A DNA stretch of 64,000 bases from Candidatus Cloacimonadales bacterium (GTDB lineage Bacteria > Cloacimonadota > Cloacimonadia > Cloacimonadales > JAFGVF01), in contig OY782781.1 of NCBI GenBank assembly GCA_963678315.1, positions 192,001 to 256,000 of the forward strand, in the 5' to 3' direction. The notes beneath the pieces are model-generated. The model was given only the letters and a program-made list of their open reading frames with translations, ran no database searches and had not been told where the DNA came from. The position numbers and the translations under genes were made by a program. Shown in pieces: positions 1-9,181 of this stretch. The stretch's first letter is position 1; each line of letters opens with the position of its first letter.

Positions 1-23
1 ATAGCTTTATGTTCTTTCTTCAT
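1..23 (-). CDS. 5' end of a gene running off the left edge (MKKEHKA...), product unknown
   Basis: ATG at 23 preceded by a GGAG Shine-Dalgarno on the minus strand; only 7 codons visible. Confidence 0.4.
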
Positions 24-162
24 TATTATCTCCAATATGAATCAACACCAAAAGCAAAAAAATCAATCAATTTGCTATAAACATTAATTCATTTTGAAGA
101 TTTTTTAACTAGTTTATTTGTCAAGAAGTTATATTCATTTAGCAAGAAGTTATATCCTGTTA

Positions 163-190
163 AAAAAGGGCAAGAATAGAATTCTTACCC
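163..190 (-). terminator. Intrinsic terminator after the tldD-tldE-tetR operon
   Basis: Minus-strand hairpin AGGGTAAGAAT..ATTCTTGCCCT followed by a T-run, ~20 nt after the TetR stop. Confidence 0.6.
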
Positions 191-210
191 TAATAATCTT
201 TCAAAATATC

Positions 211-861
211 CTATTTTCCTTTTATAGCCGACAGTAATAAATTTAGATATTGATAATACCACTCTTTATTTGTTTCTTCAGAATAGTCTTCATTGAGCAC
301 TATCCTCTTACCATATACAACAGCTGAAGCACAGGATCTTAAAGTAAGAACAAACTGCCCAAGAAAATCCTTTATATTCAAGTCTGCTTTAATTGAACCA
401 TCAGCTTGTCCCTTTTCAAAGGCATCTACTAATAGCTTAGAAGACTTACTATTTAGCTTCATGAACTTTTCTACTAGAGAAGGAGGAAACTTATCGTATT
501 CAACAGGTCTATAGTCTAGATATTGTTGATGATAAAGTATTTCTGGATTTGCTTTATAGAATTCAAAATATGCTTGTCCAAAGGACTTCACCTCTAGGAA
601 TCCAGTCTTGCTATGTTTCATATTCTCATAGAGGTAGTTAGTCCTCTTTTCAAAGCCACGGCAATATACTTCTAGATATATTTCGTCTTTGCAAGAAACA
701 TAAGTATAGAGAGTAGCCTTGGTATAATTAACAGCTTTAGCTAGTTGGTTTAGCGTTACTGTTTCATATCCTTCTTCATAGAATAGTTTTTCTGCAACAT
801 CAATTATATAGTTTCTTCTTAGTTCAAATTCTCTTTTCTTTCTTTCAGATATTTTAGCCAT
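211..861 (-). CDS. TetR/AcrR family transcriptional regulator
   Basis: N-terminal HTH 'IIDVAEKLFYEEGYETVTLNQLAKAVNYTKATLYTY..KDEI'. Confidence 0.9.
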   Translation of the reverse strand: MAKISERKKREFELRRNYIIDVAEKLFYEEGYETVTLNQLAKAVNYTKATLYTYVSCKDEIYLEVYCRGFEKRTNYLYENMKHSKTGFLEVKSFGQAYFEFYKANPEILYHQQYLDYRPVEYDKFPPSLVEKFMKLNSKSSKLLVDAFEKGQADGSIKADLNIKDFLGQFVLTLRSCASAVVYGKRIVLNEDYSEETNKEWYYQYLNLLLSAIKGK

Positions 862-863
862 TG

Positions 864-2150
864 CTACTTTCCTGATACAAGAACATTGCTACATCTAACC
901 CACGGCAAAATAGCATTGCCCCTGTTTTCTCTTTCTTGAGAAATTGAGACAACATTATTGAGCATTTCGACAATATTACCAGTTATCATTATCTCACTTA
1001 TTGGGTATTTAATCTCACCATCTTCAATGTAATATGAATTCTTTACAATTCCAGAAAAGTCCTTATTCTTATTGGGGTTACCACTTGAAATTCTATTTAC
1101 TAAGATACCTTTTTTAATATCTTTTATCATATCTTGCAAAGTAACTTCGCCTGGATCCATTTCGTAATAGTTTAAGGGAATATTGCTGTGTTCAAAATCT
1201 GTTTTATTAGACACATACTTAGACACATTAAATCTCTTGAGTACTCCATTTTCTATCACCTTTCCATACTCAGTTAGATAATTATCTTGGGATACTAAGT
1301 TTCTTAAAGCTAATTTTGGATTACTTGGAGTTGCTACTAAGGTTATTTTATCTGATAGAATCTTTTCATTTAGTTTATCATAAAAGATAGAGGTTTTTTC
1401 AACTAGATTTAAACCACCTAATTCAGGAGTGAGGCTACAAACTAACATATCTACTGTGTCTGGAGAGAATATTACATCACCTTCAAATTTATCAGTAAAG
1501 ATTCTTTGGTCTATCTGTTCAATAGTCTCTTCATATTGCTTACCCAATCCTTGGAACTCTAACAGGTTATCGGGAAGATCTTTGGTCAATCCGAATTTAT
1601 AATTAAGAGAAGAAGATTTCTCATCTTTCACAGCAGTATAGATTGTCTTTATGCTATAATATCCATTACTCTCAATTATTTTTGAACCTTGGTTGCTAAC
1701 CCCATAATATTCATATCTTGAGAAAACGATACTAGAACTCTCTTTAATTTCAGGGTACTTCTCTTTTTTCTCTTTTAAGAATTTTTCCAATAGTGAATAC
1801 ATTTTATCTTTATCAGCTTCAACAATACCATAATGAGCCTTCAAATGAGTATTTTTAGCCATTGAAAAAGCTGGATCTTCCAGAGAATGTTTTGCTGTCT
1901 CTACTACTTGTTTCACAGCTTCTTCTAAATCTTCTAATCCAGAAATAGTCATTCTTTTATTCGCAGTCTTGTTTTCATGGATAATTCTTATTTCAACTTT
2001 TATTTCATCAACTTCACGTAAAAGTCCTATTTCTTCAAATTCTGTTTGCAATTCCATATTGGTGTATTTATAAGCAGAGACAAAAGCTTTTTCTATACCC
2101 ATTGCTTCAAGCTTCTTTAAGCCTGTTTTAGCTATTAGTTTTATATTCAC
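864..2150 (-). CDS. pmbA: TldE/PmbA family protein
   Basis: C-terminal 'GDFSG-like..YYIEDGEIKYPISEIMITGN' motif; no HExxxH; GTG start overlaps the tldD stop (TAGTG). Confidence 0.85.
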   Translation of the reverse strand: MNIKLIAKTGLKKLEAMGIEKAFVSAYKYTNMELQTEFEEIGLLREVDEIKVEIRIIHENKTANKRMTISGLEDLEEAVKQVVETAKHSLEDPAFSMAKNTHLKAHYGIVEADKDKMYSLLEKFLKEKKEKYPEIKESSSIVFSRYEYYGVSNQGSKIIESNGYYSIKTIYTAVKDEKSSSLNYKFGLTKDLPDNLLEFQGLGKQYEETIEQIDQRIFTDKFEGDVIFSPDTVDMLVCSLTPELGGLNLVEKTSIFYDKLNEKILSDKITLVATPSNPKLALRNLVSQDNYLTEYGKVIENGVLKRFNVSKYVSNKTDFEHSNIPLNYYEMDPGEVTLQDMIKDIKKGILVNRISSGNPNKNKDFSGIVKNSYYIEDGEIKYPISEIMITGNIVEMLNNVVSISQERENRGNAILPWVRCSNVLVSGK

Positions 2151-3520
2151 TATTTACCTCCAATGTTGATTTTACATTTTAAAGCAGGTCCACCATATCC
2201 GACTGGAATTGACTGTTTCTTACCACAATTACCTGCTCCACTAGCATGTAAATCATCAGAAACAGCTGTCACTGTTTTCAATAAATCAACAGCAACACCT
2301 GAAATAGTTGTCTCTTTCAATGCTCTGCCAAGCTTACCATTCTTAATTTCATAACCTCTAACTACTCCAAACATGAACTCGGAAGTAGAGTCTGCTTGTC
2401 CATTACTTGGTTTCATGAAATAATAGCCATTATCTATAGACTTAATCATATCATCAAGCTTAGATTGTCCTGGTTCTATGTATGTATTTCTCATTCTAAT
2501 AATAGGTTCATCGCTATATTGGCTTGCTCTTGCATTACCTGTTGGTTGAACTCCAAACAACTGGGCTGATTCTTTATTATGCATGTAGCTCTTCAGAATA
2601 CCCTTTTCAATAATATTAGCTGTAATTGGTTCAACACCTTCATCATCTACAAATACAGGTCTTGGACACAGCTTACCTTGATATGTATGAGGAACATCTA
2701 CCAAATTTACTAGTTCAGAAGCAACTTGCTTCCCCATCAGATTTCTTACTATCGAACCATTCCTAACTAAATCTGCTTCCGTAGTGTGACCAATTGCTTC
2801 ATGAGCTAGAATGCCAGTTACATCTGACCCAAGAATAACATCATTATAACCTGAATCAGCAAAAACTGCAGTCTTCTTGTTAATCAAATGCTTATATGTA
2901 TCTTCAATATCGGCATAGAATTGTTCCAGATTATCAGCATAATCTTCAAAATTACCTAGCCCACCCAGAACACAATACTCTGTAATCATTTCGTTATCAT
3001 TCTTCATAGTGAAATAGCATCTTAAATATGAACGAGGTATTATTGTATGGAAATATGCCCCATCTGTTGTCGCAACAAGCTTGTCTGTTGATTCCTCCAA
3101 TAACATAACCGTTAAAGAAGCGATATCCTTATATTTTTTGTTAATATAATTGTTCAGTTCTGCTATATATTCTGTCTTCTCTTTAACGCTGAGAATACTT
3201 TTTGTTGTACTTAAATCTTTTTCGAGTACAATTGGCCTTGAAGGTAGAATTAGATTGCTTGTACCACTTCTTGAACTCAAGAATTTTGCATTATCCATCG
3301 CTCTTTGAATTGCTCTCTTTGCTTCTTTCTTACCAAGGGTAGATGTTGAAGAGAAGCCCCACTCTCTTCCACTATAAGCTCTAGCCGAGAAACCTCTGTT
3401 TCTACTACTGTAGTTATTGACAACTCTTCCATTTGACATGACAATAAAGCTATCACTATTATGTTGAAGCCGTAATTCACCATAATTATCTAGATAACTT
3501 AATAGATTCTTCAAATCCAT
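2150..3520 (-). CDS. tldD: TldD metalloprotease
   Basis: 'AHEAIGHTTEAD' HExxxH, 'DDEGV', 'TGNARA', 'RMRNTY', C-terminal 'CGK..Q.IPVG.GGP'. Confidence 0.93.
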   Translation of the reverse strand: MDLKNLLSYLDNYGELRLQHNSDSFIVMSNGRVVNNYSSRNRGFSARAYSGREWGFSSTSTLGKKEAKRAIQRAMDNAKFLSSRSGTSNLILPSRPIVLEKDLSTTKSILSVKEKTEYIAELNNYINKKYKDIASLTVMLLEESTDKLVATTDGAYFHTIIPRSYLRCYFTMKNDNEMITEYCVLGGLGNFEDYADNLEQFYADIEDTYKHLINKKTAVFADSGYNDVILGSDVTGILAHEAIGHTTEADLVRNGSIVRNLMGKQVASELVNLVDVPHTYQGKLCPRPVFVDDEGVEPITANIIEKGILKSYMHNKESAQLFGVQPTGNARASQYSDEPIIRMRNTYIEPGQSKLDDMIKSIDNGYYFMKPSNGQADSTSEFMFGVVRGYEIKNGKLGRALKETTISGVAVDLLKTVTAVSDDLHASGAGNCGKKQSIPVGYGGPALKCKINIGGK

Positions 3521-3710
3521 GCTATTCCTCCCTAGATATAATAATTTACTATACCAAAGGTATATTATCAGATAACAGGTGTCAAGAGATTATTTGTTTT
3601 TCTGATAATAATGTAGTTCAATCTTTCAAGGTTTAGTCCATCCTTTAAAATCTTTGTTCATATTAACCCCTTTCATTAAGACATTACAAACATCGAGTTT
3701 GTAATATCTT

Positions 3711-3867
3711 AAGCGAACCAGGAGTTCGCGTTCCATCCTTCTGTAACTTCATTTCATTAGCACTGATTTTCTGCAATCTTTATCCATAATTTATTACCTC
3801 AGTTAAATTTCATCCTTCCACAAAACTATGTTTCTAGAAGGAGGGTACGCGAACTCCTGGTTCGCTT
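3711..3867. repeat. Inverted pair of 32-bp palindromic REP-like units (REPIN/MITE-like)
   Basis: 3711-3742 and 3836-3867 are reverse complements (30/32); each holds a GCGAAC-N5-GTTCGC hairpin. Confidence 0.75.
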
Positions 3868-3931
3868 TAAAAGAGGAAGCTAGATGCTGAACTCTTTTAA
3901 AAGACAACACCTTATGCATATAAACTTATCC

Positions 3932-5107
3932 CTACTTTCCAACCTTCACCACAAAAACCTTTAAATAATTCCCCTCAGGGAATCCTCCCATTACTTTAAA
4001 ATCTTCAGGTAATCGATAGAGCTTTTGAAAGTTATATTCAATATCATTATTCTTCAGTGCTCGAGTAATCATTCTCTTGAAGTTTTGCGATGTTAACTGG
4101 CTATTGTTACTTGAGGCTATTATATAGCCATTTTCATTAACAAGAGGTAGAATACTCTCAATAAGTTCAGTATAATTCTTCAATACTGAGAATGTTCTTT
4201 TCTTACTTCTAGCAAAGCTGGGAGGATCTAGAATAATGATATCAAATTTTAGTTTTTTCCGATTAGCATAGTTGAAATAATTAAACACATCTTCAACAAT
4301 AACATCTTGTTGGTCTACATCAAAATCATTGACCTTTATATTGGATTTAGTCCACTCTAAGCTTCTTTTGGCTAGATCTACACTGGTGGTTTTTTGGGCA
4401 TTACCTGCTAAACAGGCTATTGAAAAAGCACCTGTATATGAAAAAGTGTTTAGTACAGTCTTATTTTCTGAGAACTTTCCAGTGAGAAACTTTCTGACAT
4501 CTCGTTGATCCAAGAATATTCCTACCATATTTCCATCTTCAAAATCAATGTTATATTTCACCCTATTCTCTAAGACATAGAAATCTTCAGGTGTTTTTTC
4601 TCCCCAAACATGATTTGCATAATGCTCCTTACTTTTGAATCTTACCTTTTGATAGATTCCTTTTACATCAAATAGATTTCTGATAATATCAACGATATCA
4701 TCCTTATAGTTGAAGATTCCTATATTATACCAGTTCAGAAGAACAAAGCCTGCATAATAGTCAATTGTTAGCCCCCCAATTCCATCGCCAATAGTATTGA
4801 ACAATCGAAAAGCAGTTGTTGTTTTAGAATTAAAAATCTTTTCCCTATTGTCAAAAGCAATAGCAATCTTCCTCTGTAAGAAATCATAATTCAACTTTTC
4901 TATCCTACTGTATGAATAAACCCAAGCAAGTCCTTTGTTCTGCTTACCGATATAGGCAGTAGCAAGATATCTCCTATTTCTATCAAATAAAAGTGCTGTC
5001 TTCCCTTCATCATCTACACTATATTGATAGTCTACCATGTCACTTGTTATAAGCGGATATCCATCCCTAATCATATCAACGAAACTATTTTTTACTATAA
5101 TGTCCAT
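3932..5107 (-). CDS. Class I SAM-dependent rRNA methyltransferase (RlmI/YwbD-like, PUA + MTase)
   Basis: 'FRLFN..GDGIGGLTIDYY', 'GIFLDQR', 'VLNTFSYTGAFS', 'FDIIILDPPSF', 'YLK'. Confidence 0.88.
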   Translation of the reverse strand: MDIIVKNSFVDMIRDGYPLITSDMVDYQYSVDDEGKTALLFDRNRRYLATAYIGKQNKGLAWVYSYSRIEKLNYDFLQRKIAIAFDNREKIFNSKTTTAFRLFNTIGDGIGGLTIDYYAGFVLLNWYNIGIFNYKDDIVDIIRNLFDVKGIYQKVRFKSKEHYANHVWGEKTPEDFYVLENRVKYNIDFEDGNMVGIFLDQRDVRKFLTGKFSENKTVLNTFSYTGAFSIACLAGNAQKTTSVDLAKRSLEWTKSNIKVNDFDVDQQDVIVEDVFNYFNYANRKKLKFDIIILDPPSFARSKKRTFSVLKNYTELIESILPLVNENGYIIASSNNSQLTSQNFKRMITRALKNNDIEYNFQKLYRLPEDFKVMGGFPEGNYLKVFVVKVGK

Positions 5108-5370
5108 CTGATTCCTTTATAAAAGTATTTTTTTTACATCATATATTTATAAGCTTAGATGTCAAATTTTTTGATTTTTTCATATTTATAAATGAATACT
5201 TTTAACCAAGATGATGTAAATCTACACAGATTTATAACATATAACCACGAAATGCACTAAAAACACTAAAGTAATTATTAATTCATATTGTCCATGGACA
5301 GTACAGATACGTACAGATTAAAGAATAAAATTATAAGAGCTAAGGAAAAATCTAAAAAGATAAGACCTAA

Positions 5371-5463
5371 TCTTTATGTCGCCCTTTCAGGGCTTTATTT
5401 TATTCATTAATTTACATGGGGTACAAGACCCCATGCTAATATATGTCACCCCTTCAGGGTTTT
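5371..5463 (+). repeat. Triple-hairpin REP-like element (GCCCTTTCAGGGC / CATGG..CCATG / ACCCCTTC.GGGT)
   Basis: Related copies inside the repeats at 22851-23062 and 45821-46023; partial copy at ~22800-22848. Confidence 0.8.
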
Positions 5464-5534
5464 AATAAACACCTTATTTTTCAATTAATTTTAATCTAGA
5501 TAAACCCCCTTCGCTCTACAGTCATTCACTCCTA

Positions 5535-5596
5535 ACTGCCTATGTGCCCTTGCCCCACCTGCATAAAAAGACGATTTAATGCAGGAGGCCCAAGAG
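5535..5596. repeat. CCTGCAT..ATGCAGG palindromic dispersed repeat
   Basis: Reverse complement matches 58771-58832 at 57/62; core also at 14619-14653. Confidence 0.85.
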
Positions 5597-5666
5597 CATT
5601 GCATGTGATTCACCTAGCAAGTAAGAGAAATTACAGCAAGAGGAACTTAGATTTTAAAACCTCTTT

Positions 5667-5693
5667 TTAGCAGTCGCATCATTTTTTTGCTAA
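5667..5693 (+). promoter_or_regulatory. CIRCE-like HrcA operator upstream of htpG
   Basis: TTAGCAGTC-N9-TTTTGCTAA against consensus TTAGCACTC-N9-GAGTGCTAA: exact spacing, 14/18 matches, next to the promoter. Confidence 0.65.
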
Positions 5694-5701
5694 AAAATAT
5701 A

Positions 5702-5729
5702 TTGACAAAGATACTGTGATTATTAGATT
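5702..5729 (+). promoter_or_regulatory. sigma70-type promoter of htpG
   Basis: TTGACA-16 nt-TAGATT, followed by an AGGAG SD and ATG at 5764. Confidence 0.55.
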
Positions 5730-5763
5730 GTCTCTAAAAAGATTAGTTATAGGAGAAATTTTT

Positions 5764-7746
5764 ATGGCAAAGAATCTAAACAAAGGTAATCTCTCTATCC
5801 ATACAGAGAACATATTTCCAATTATTAAGAAGTGGCTCTATTCAGAGCATGATATATTTTTTAGAGAATTAATTTCAAATGCTATTGATGCTATGAACAA
5901 GCGTAAAATTGAAGAATCTGGCATCGATACATCAGACTTCTCCGTTGAAATTAAAGTTAATAAGAAGAAGAAAACAATCCAATTTATCGATACAGGTATC
6001 GGTATGACTGCAGAAGAGATTGAAAAGTATATTAACCAAATTGCTTTCTCTGGTGCAGAAGATTTTGTTGAGAAATACAAAGATGTTCAAGCAAATATCA
6101 TTGGACACTTTGGTCTAGGTTTCTACTCTTCATTCATAGTATCAGAGAAAGTAACAATCGACTCTTTATCATATAAAGAAGGATCAACAGCAGCCTTTTG
6201 GTCATGCGAGGGTCAAACTGAATATGAAATGACTGAAGGTAAAAGAAAAAAACCTGGAACAACAATCACTTTACACGTAAATGATGAATCTGACGAATTC
6301 CTAGAAGATTCTAAGGTTCAAGAAATTCTAGAAAAGTACTGTTCTTTCATGTCATTCCCTGTTAAATTCAATGATAAAGTTATCAATGAGAAACCAGCAT
6401 TATGGAATAAGCAACCTAACGAAGTAACAGATGAAGAATACAAAGAATTTTATCGTGATGCTTTCAAGCAATATGATGAACCTTTATTCTGGATTCACTT
6501 AAATGTTGACTATCCATTTAACTTAAAAGGTATTCTTTACTTCCCTAAGTTTAAAAATCAAATTGATGTAAACAAGGGACAAGTTAAGTTGTTCTGTAAT
6601 AATGTATTTGTTGCTGATAATCTAAAAGATCTAATCCCTGAATTCTTGCTTCTACTAAAAGGTGGAATCGATATTCCAGATATTCCTCTTAATGTATCTA
6701 GATCTTTCTTGCAAAGCGACACACAAGTTAGAAAAATTTCTAACTACATTGTAAAAAAAGTTGCTGATCACTTTAAAGCTTCTTTCAAAAATGATAGAGA
6801 ACAATATGCTAATTACTGGAAAGATATATCTGACTTTATCAAGTACGGTTTATTAACAAATGAAGACTTCTACAAAGCTCTTGAAAAACAAATTGTTTAC
6901 AAGACTACAGAAGGTAAATGGGTAACTATTGAAGAATACATAGAAAACAATAAATCAGAAGACAAACAACACAAAATCTATTATGCTCCAAGTGAAAACA
7001 CACAAGTTAGCTATCTAGAGCTTCTCAAACAACAAAATATAGATGTTATTTATGCTGAATCTATGCTTGATTCTCACCTCTTCCAAAAACTTGAGATGGC
7101 AGACAGTAATATCAAGTTCGTACGTGTTGATTCTGAAATCAATGATGATTTGATTGAAGGTGAAGAAGATGCAAAAACTTCTATGATTGTTAAAGAGATT
7201 TTCGATAGAGAAATCAATGGAAGTGTTGAAGCTTCTTTCGGTAAAGATGCTTACAAAAAATATTTAAAAGATTACCCACAAGCAGTTGAACTTCTTACTC
7301 CATACATCACAACTGAAGATGAAAGTACAAAGATTAATGTTTATGACTTACCTATTGATGTAAGAGAAAAACTAGGACAAGATGCAATGAAAGAGATGTT
7401 TGAACATGTTTATACAGAAGTACAAGTTCAAACTAAAGAACTAAAAGCTAAAGAGATTCCAGCTATGATTATCTTTGATGAATTCATGAGAAGATTCCAA
7501 GAAATGAACGCTATGGCAAGTCAAGGTGATATGGATATGCTAAAGAATCATAAGCTAGTTCTAAATACTAAAAACCCAACTATCCAAAAGATTGTTAAAT
7601 TAAAAGAAGATGGACATGATGATAAAGCTAAAACAATGGTTAATTTCGTACATGAATTAGCACTTCTAGAGCAAAAACCATTCTCAGGTGAAGAGCTTAA
7701 GAAGTTTATTGCTGATGCAAATAAGATTGTCCAACTGATTGACTAA
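5764..7746 (+). CDS. htpG: Molecular chaperone HtpG (Hsp90)
   Basis: 'FFRELISNAIDA', 'DTGIGMT', 'IGHFGLGFYS', 'PLNVSRSFLQ'; start moved to ATG 5764 behind AGGAG. Confidence 0.97.
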   Translation: MAKNLNKGNLSIHTENIFPIIKKWLYSEHDIFFRELISNAIDAMNKRKIEESGIDTSDFSVEIKVNKKKKTIQFIDTGIGMTAEEIEKYINQIAFSGAEDFVEKYKDVQANIIGHFGLGFYSSFIVSEKVTIDSLSYKEGSTAAFWSCEGQTEYEMTEGKRKKPGTTITLHVNDESDEFLEDSKVQEILEKYCSFMSFPVKFNDKVINEKPALWNKQPNEVTDEEYKEFYRDAFKQYDEPLFWIHLNVDYPFNLKGILYFPKFKNQIDVNKGQVKLFCNNVFVADNLKDLIPEFLLLLKGGIDIPDIPLNVSRSFLQSDTQVRKISNYIVKKVADHFKASFKNDREQYANYWKDISDFIKYGLLTNEDFYKALEKQIVYKTTEGKWVTIEEYIENNKSEDKQHKIYYAPSENTQVSYLELLKQQNIDVIYAESMLDSHLFQKLEMADSNIKFVRVDSEINDDLIEGEEDAKTSMIVKEIFDREINGSVEASFGKDAYKKYLKDYPQAVELLTPYITTEDESTKINVYDLPIDVREKLGQDAMKEMFEHVYTEVQVQTKELKAKEIPAMIIFDEFMRRFQEMNAMASQGDMDMLKNHKLVLNTKNPTIQKIVKLKEDGHDDKAKTMVNFVHELALLEQKPFSGEELKKFIADANKIVQLID

Positions 7747-7801
7747 GCACATATTCTATCTTCTACGATAGATATGCAAAGGTCATGATAATATAGATTG
7801 A

Positions 7802-7839
7802 AGAGAATGTAAGAGAAATCTTGCATTCTCTCTTTTTTT
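7802..7839 (+). terminator. Intrinsic terminator after htpG
   Basis: AGAGAATGTAAGA-GAAA-TCTTGCATTCTCT hairpin followed by a T-run. Confidence 0.8.
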
Positions 7840-7946
7840 GCATAAAGCCATAAGAATTCTTAGCTCAAAATCAGGATAAAAACCCTTTTTAAATAATATA
7901 TCTCATAAGTTATCAACAATTTAAATCTAAACTTAGTTAAAAAATC

Positions 7947-7974
7947 TTGACTATACGTGAAAGCCAAATATTAT
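7947..7974 (+). promoter_or_regulatory. sigma70-type promoter of the etfA operon
   Basis: TTGACT-16 nt-TATTAT upstream of a GGAG SD. Confidence 0.5.
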
Positions 7975-7998
7975 TGAGAAAATTATTATGGAGTTGAT

Positions 7999-9180
7999 AT
8001 GATTGAAGTAATTAGAGATAAGTGTGTCGGCTGTGGTAAATGCCTAAAGGCATGTGCCTATGGCGCAATCACAATTATTGATAAAGTTGCAGAAATTAAT
8101 GCTGATAAATGTGTTCTGTGTGGAGCCTGTGTCTCTGCATGTCCTTTCGAAGCAATATTTATTAGAAAATTAAGTCAAGAACATGTAAATAAAGATGAAT
8201 ATAAAAATGTGTGGGTGTTTGTTGAACAACATGAGGGTATTATAGCTCCAGTTGTTTATGAACTTCTTGGTAAAGGAAAAGAGCTTGCTGAAGATAGAGA
8301 AAGCAAATTATGTGCTGTTCTTTTAGGTAAGAATGTAAAAGGATTAGTTGATAATCTTTATCATCATGGTGCTGAAACTGTATATATGATTGATGATGCT
8401 CTGTTAGAGAGTTTTACCGATGATATGTATGCACTAGCTCTTCAACAACTTGTTGAAAAATATAAACCAGAAATAATTCTTACTGGTGCAACCAATATGG
8501 GTAGATCATTTGCACCTAGAGTTGCAACAGCAATTAATGCAGGTCTAACAGCGGACTGTACAGAACTTTCAATTGATAGTGAAACTACCAACTTGATACA
8601 GACTCGACCAGCTTTTGGTGGCAACATCATGGCTAGAATTGAAACACCTAACCATAGACCTCAAATGGCAACAGTTAGATATAAAGTTATGACTCCTGCA
8701 ACAATGAATGAAAGTCTTAAAGGTGAACTAGTAGAAGAAAAATTAGAGATTGATGGAATTGAAAGATTAACTAAGTTCATCAAGAAAGTTAAATCAGAAA
8801 GTGCTTTAGCAAATATAACAGATGCAAACATTATTGTAGCTGGTGGTAGAGGATTAAAGAATGCTGATAACTTCAAGATATTAGAAGATTTAGCAGCCCT
8901 TCTTGGTGGTGCAGTAGGTGCTTCAAGAGCAGCGGTAGATAACGAATGGATTCCTTACCCACATCAAGTTGGTCAAACAGGTAAAACTGTTAAGCCTTCA
9001 ATTTACATTGCTATTGGTATTTCTGGAGCTATCCAACATCTAGCTGGAATGGCTTCATCTGATTACATTATTGCTATTAATAAAGATCCTGAAGCTCCAA
9101 TATTTAAAGCAGCTGATTTAGGTATTATTGGAGATCTATTTGAAATAGTCCCACAACTTATTAAGAAATTAGAAGACTAA
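7999..9180 (+). CDS. etfA: Electron transfer flavoprotein alpha subunit with N-terminal 2x[4Fe-4S] ferredoxin domain
   Basis: Two CxxCxxCxxxC motifs; 'GLTADCT', 'RPAFGGN', 'VGASRAAVD', 'QVGQTGKTV', 'GISGAIQHLAG'. Confidence 0.95.
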   Translation: MIEVIRDKCVGCGKCLKACAYGAITIIDKVAEINADKCVLCGACVSACPFEAIFIRKLSQEHVNKDEYKNVWVFVEQHEGIIAPVVYELLGKGKELAEDRESKLCAVLLGKNVKGLVDNLYHHGAETVYMIDDALLESFTDDMYALALQQLVEKYKPEIILTGATNMGRSFAPRVATAINAGLTADCTELSIDSETTNLIQTRPAFGGNIMARIETPNHRPQMATVRYKVMTPATMNESLKGELVEEKLEIDGIERLTKFIKKVKSESALANITDANIIVAGGRGLKNADNFKILEDLAALLGGAVGASRAAVDNEWIPYPHQVGQTGKTVKPSIYIAIGISGAIQHLAGMASSDYIIAINKDPEAPIFKAADLGIIGDLFEIVPQLIKKLED

Positions 9181-9181
9181 A

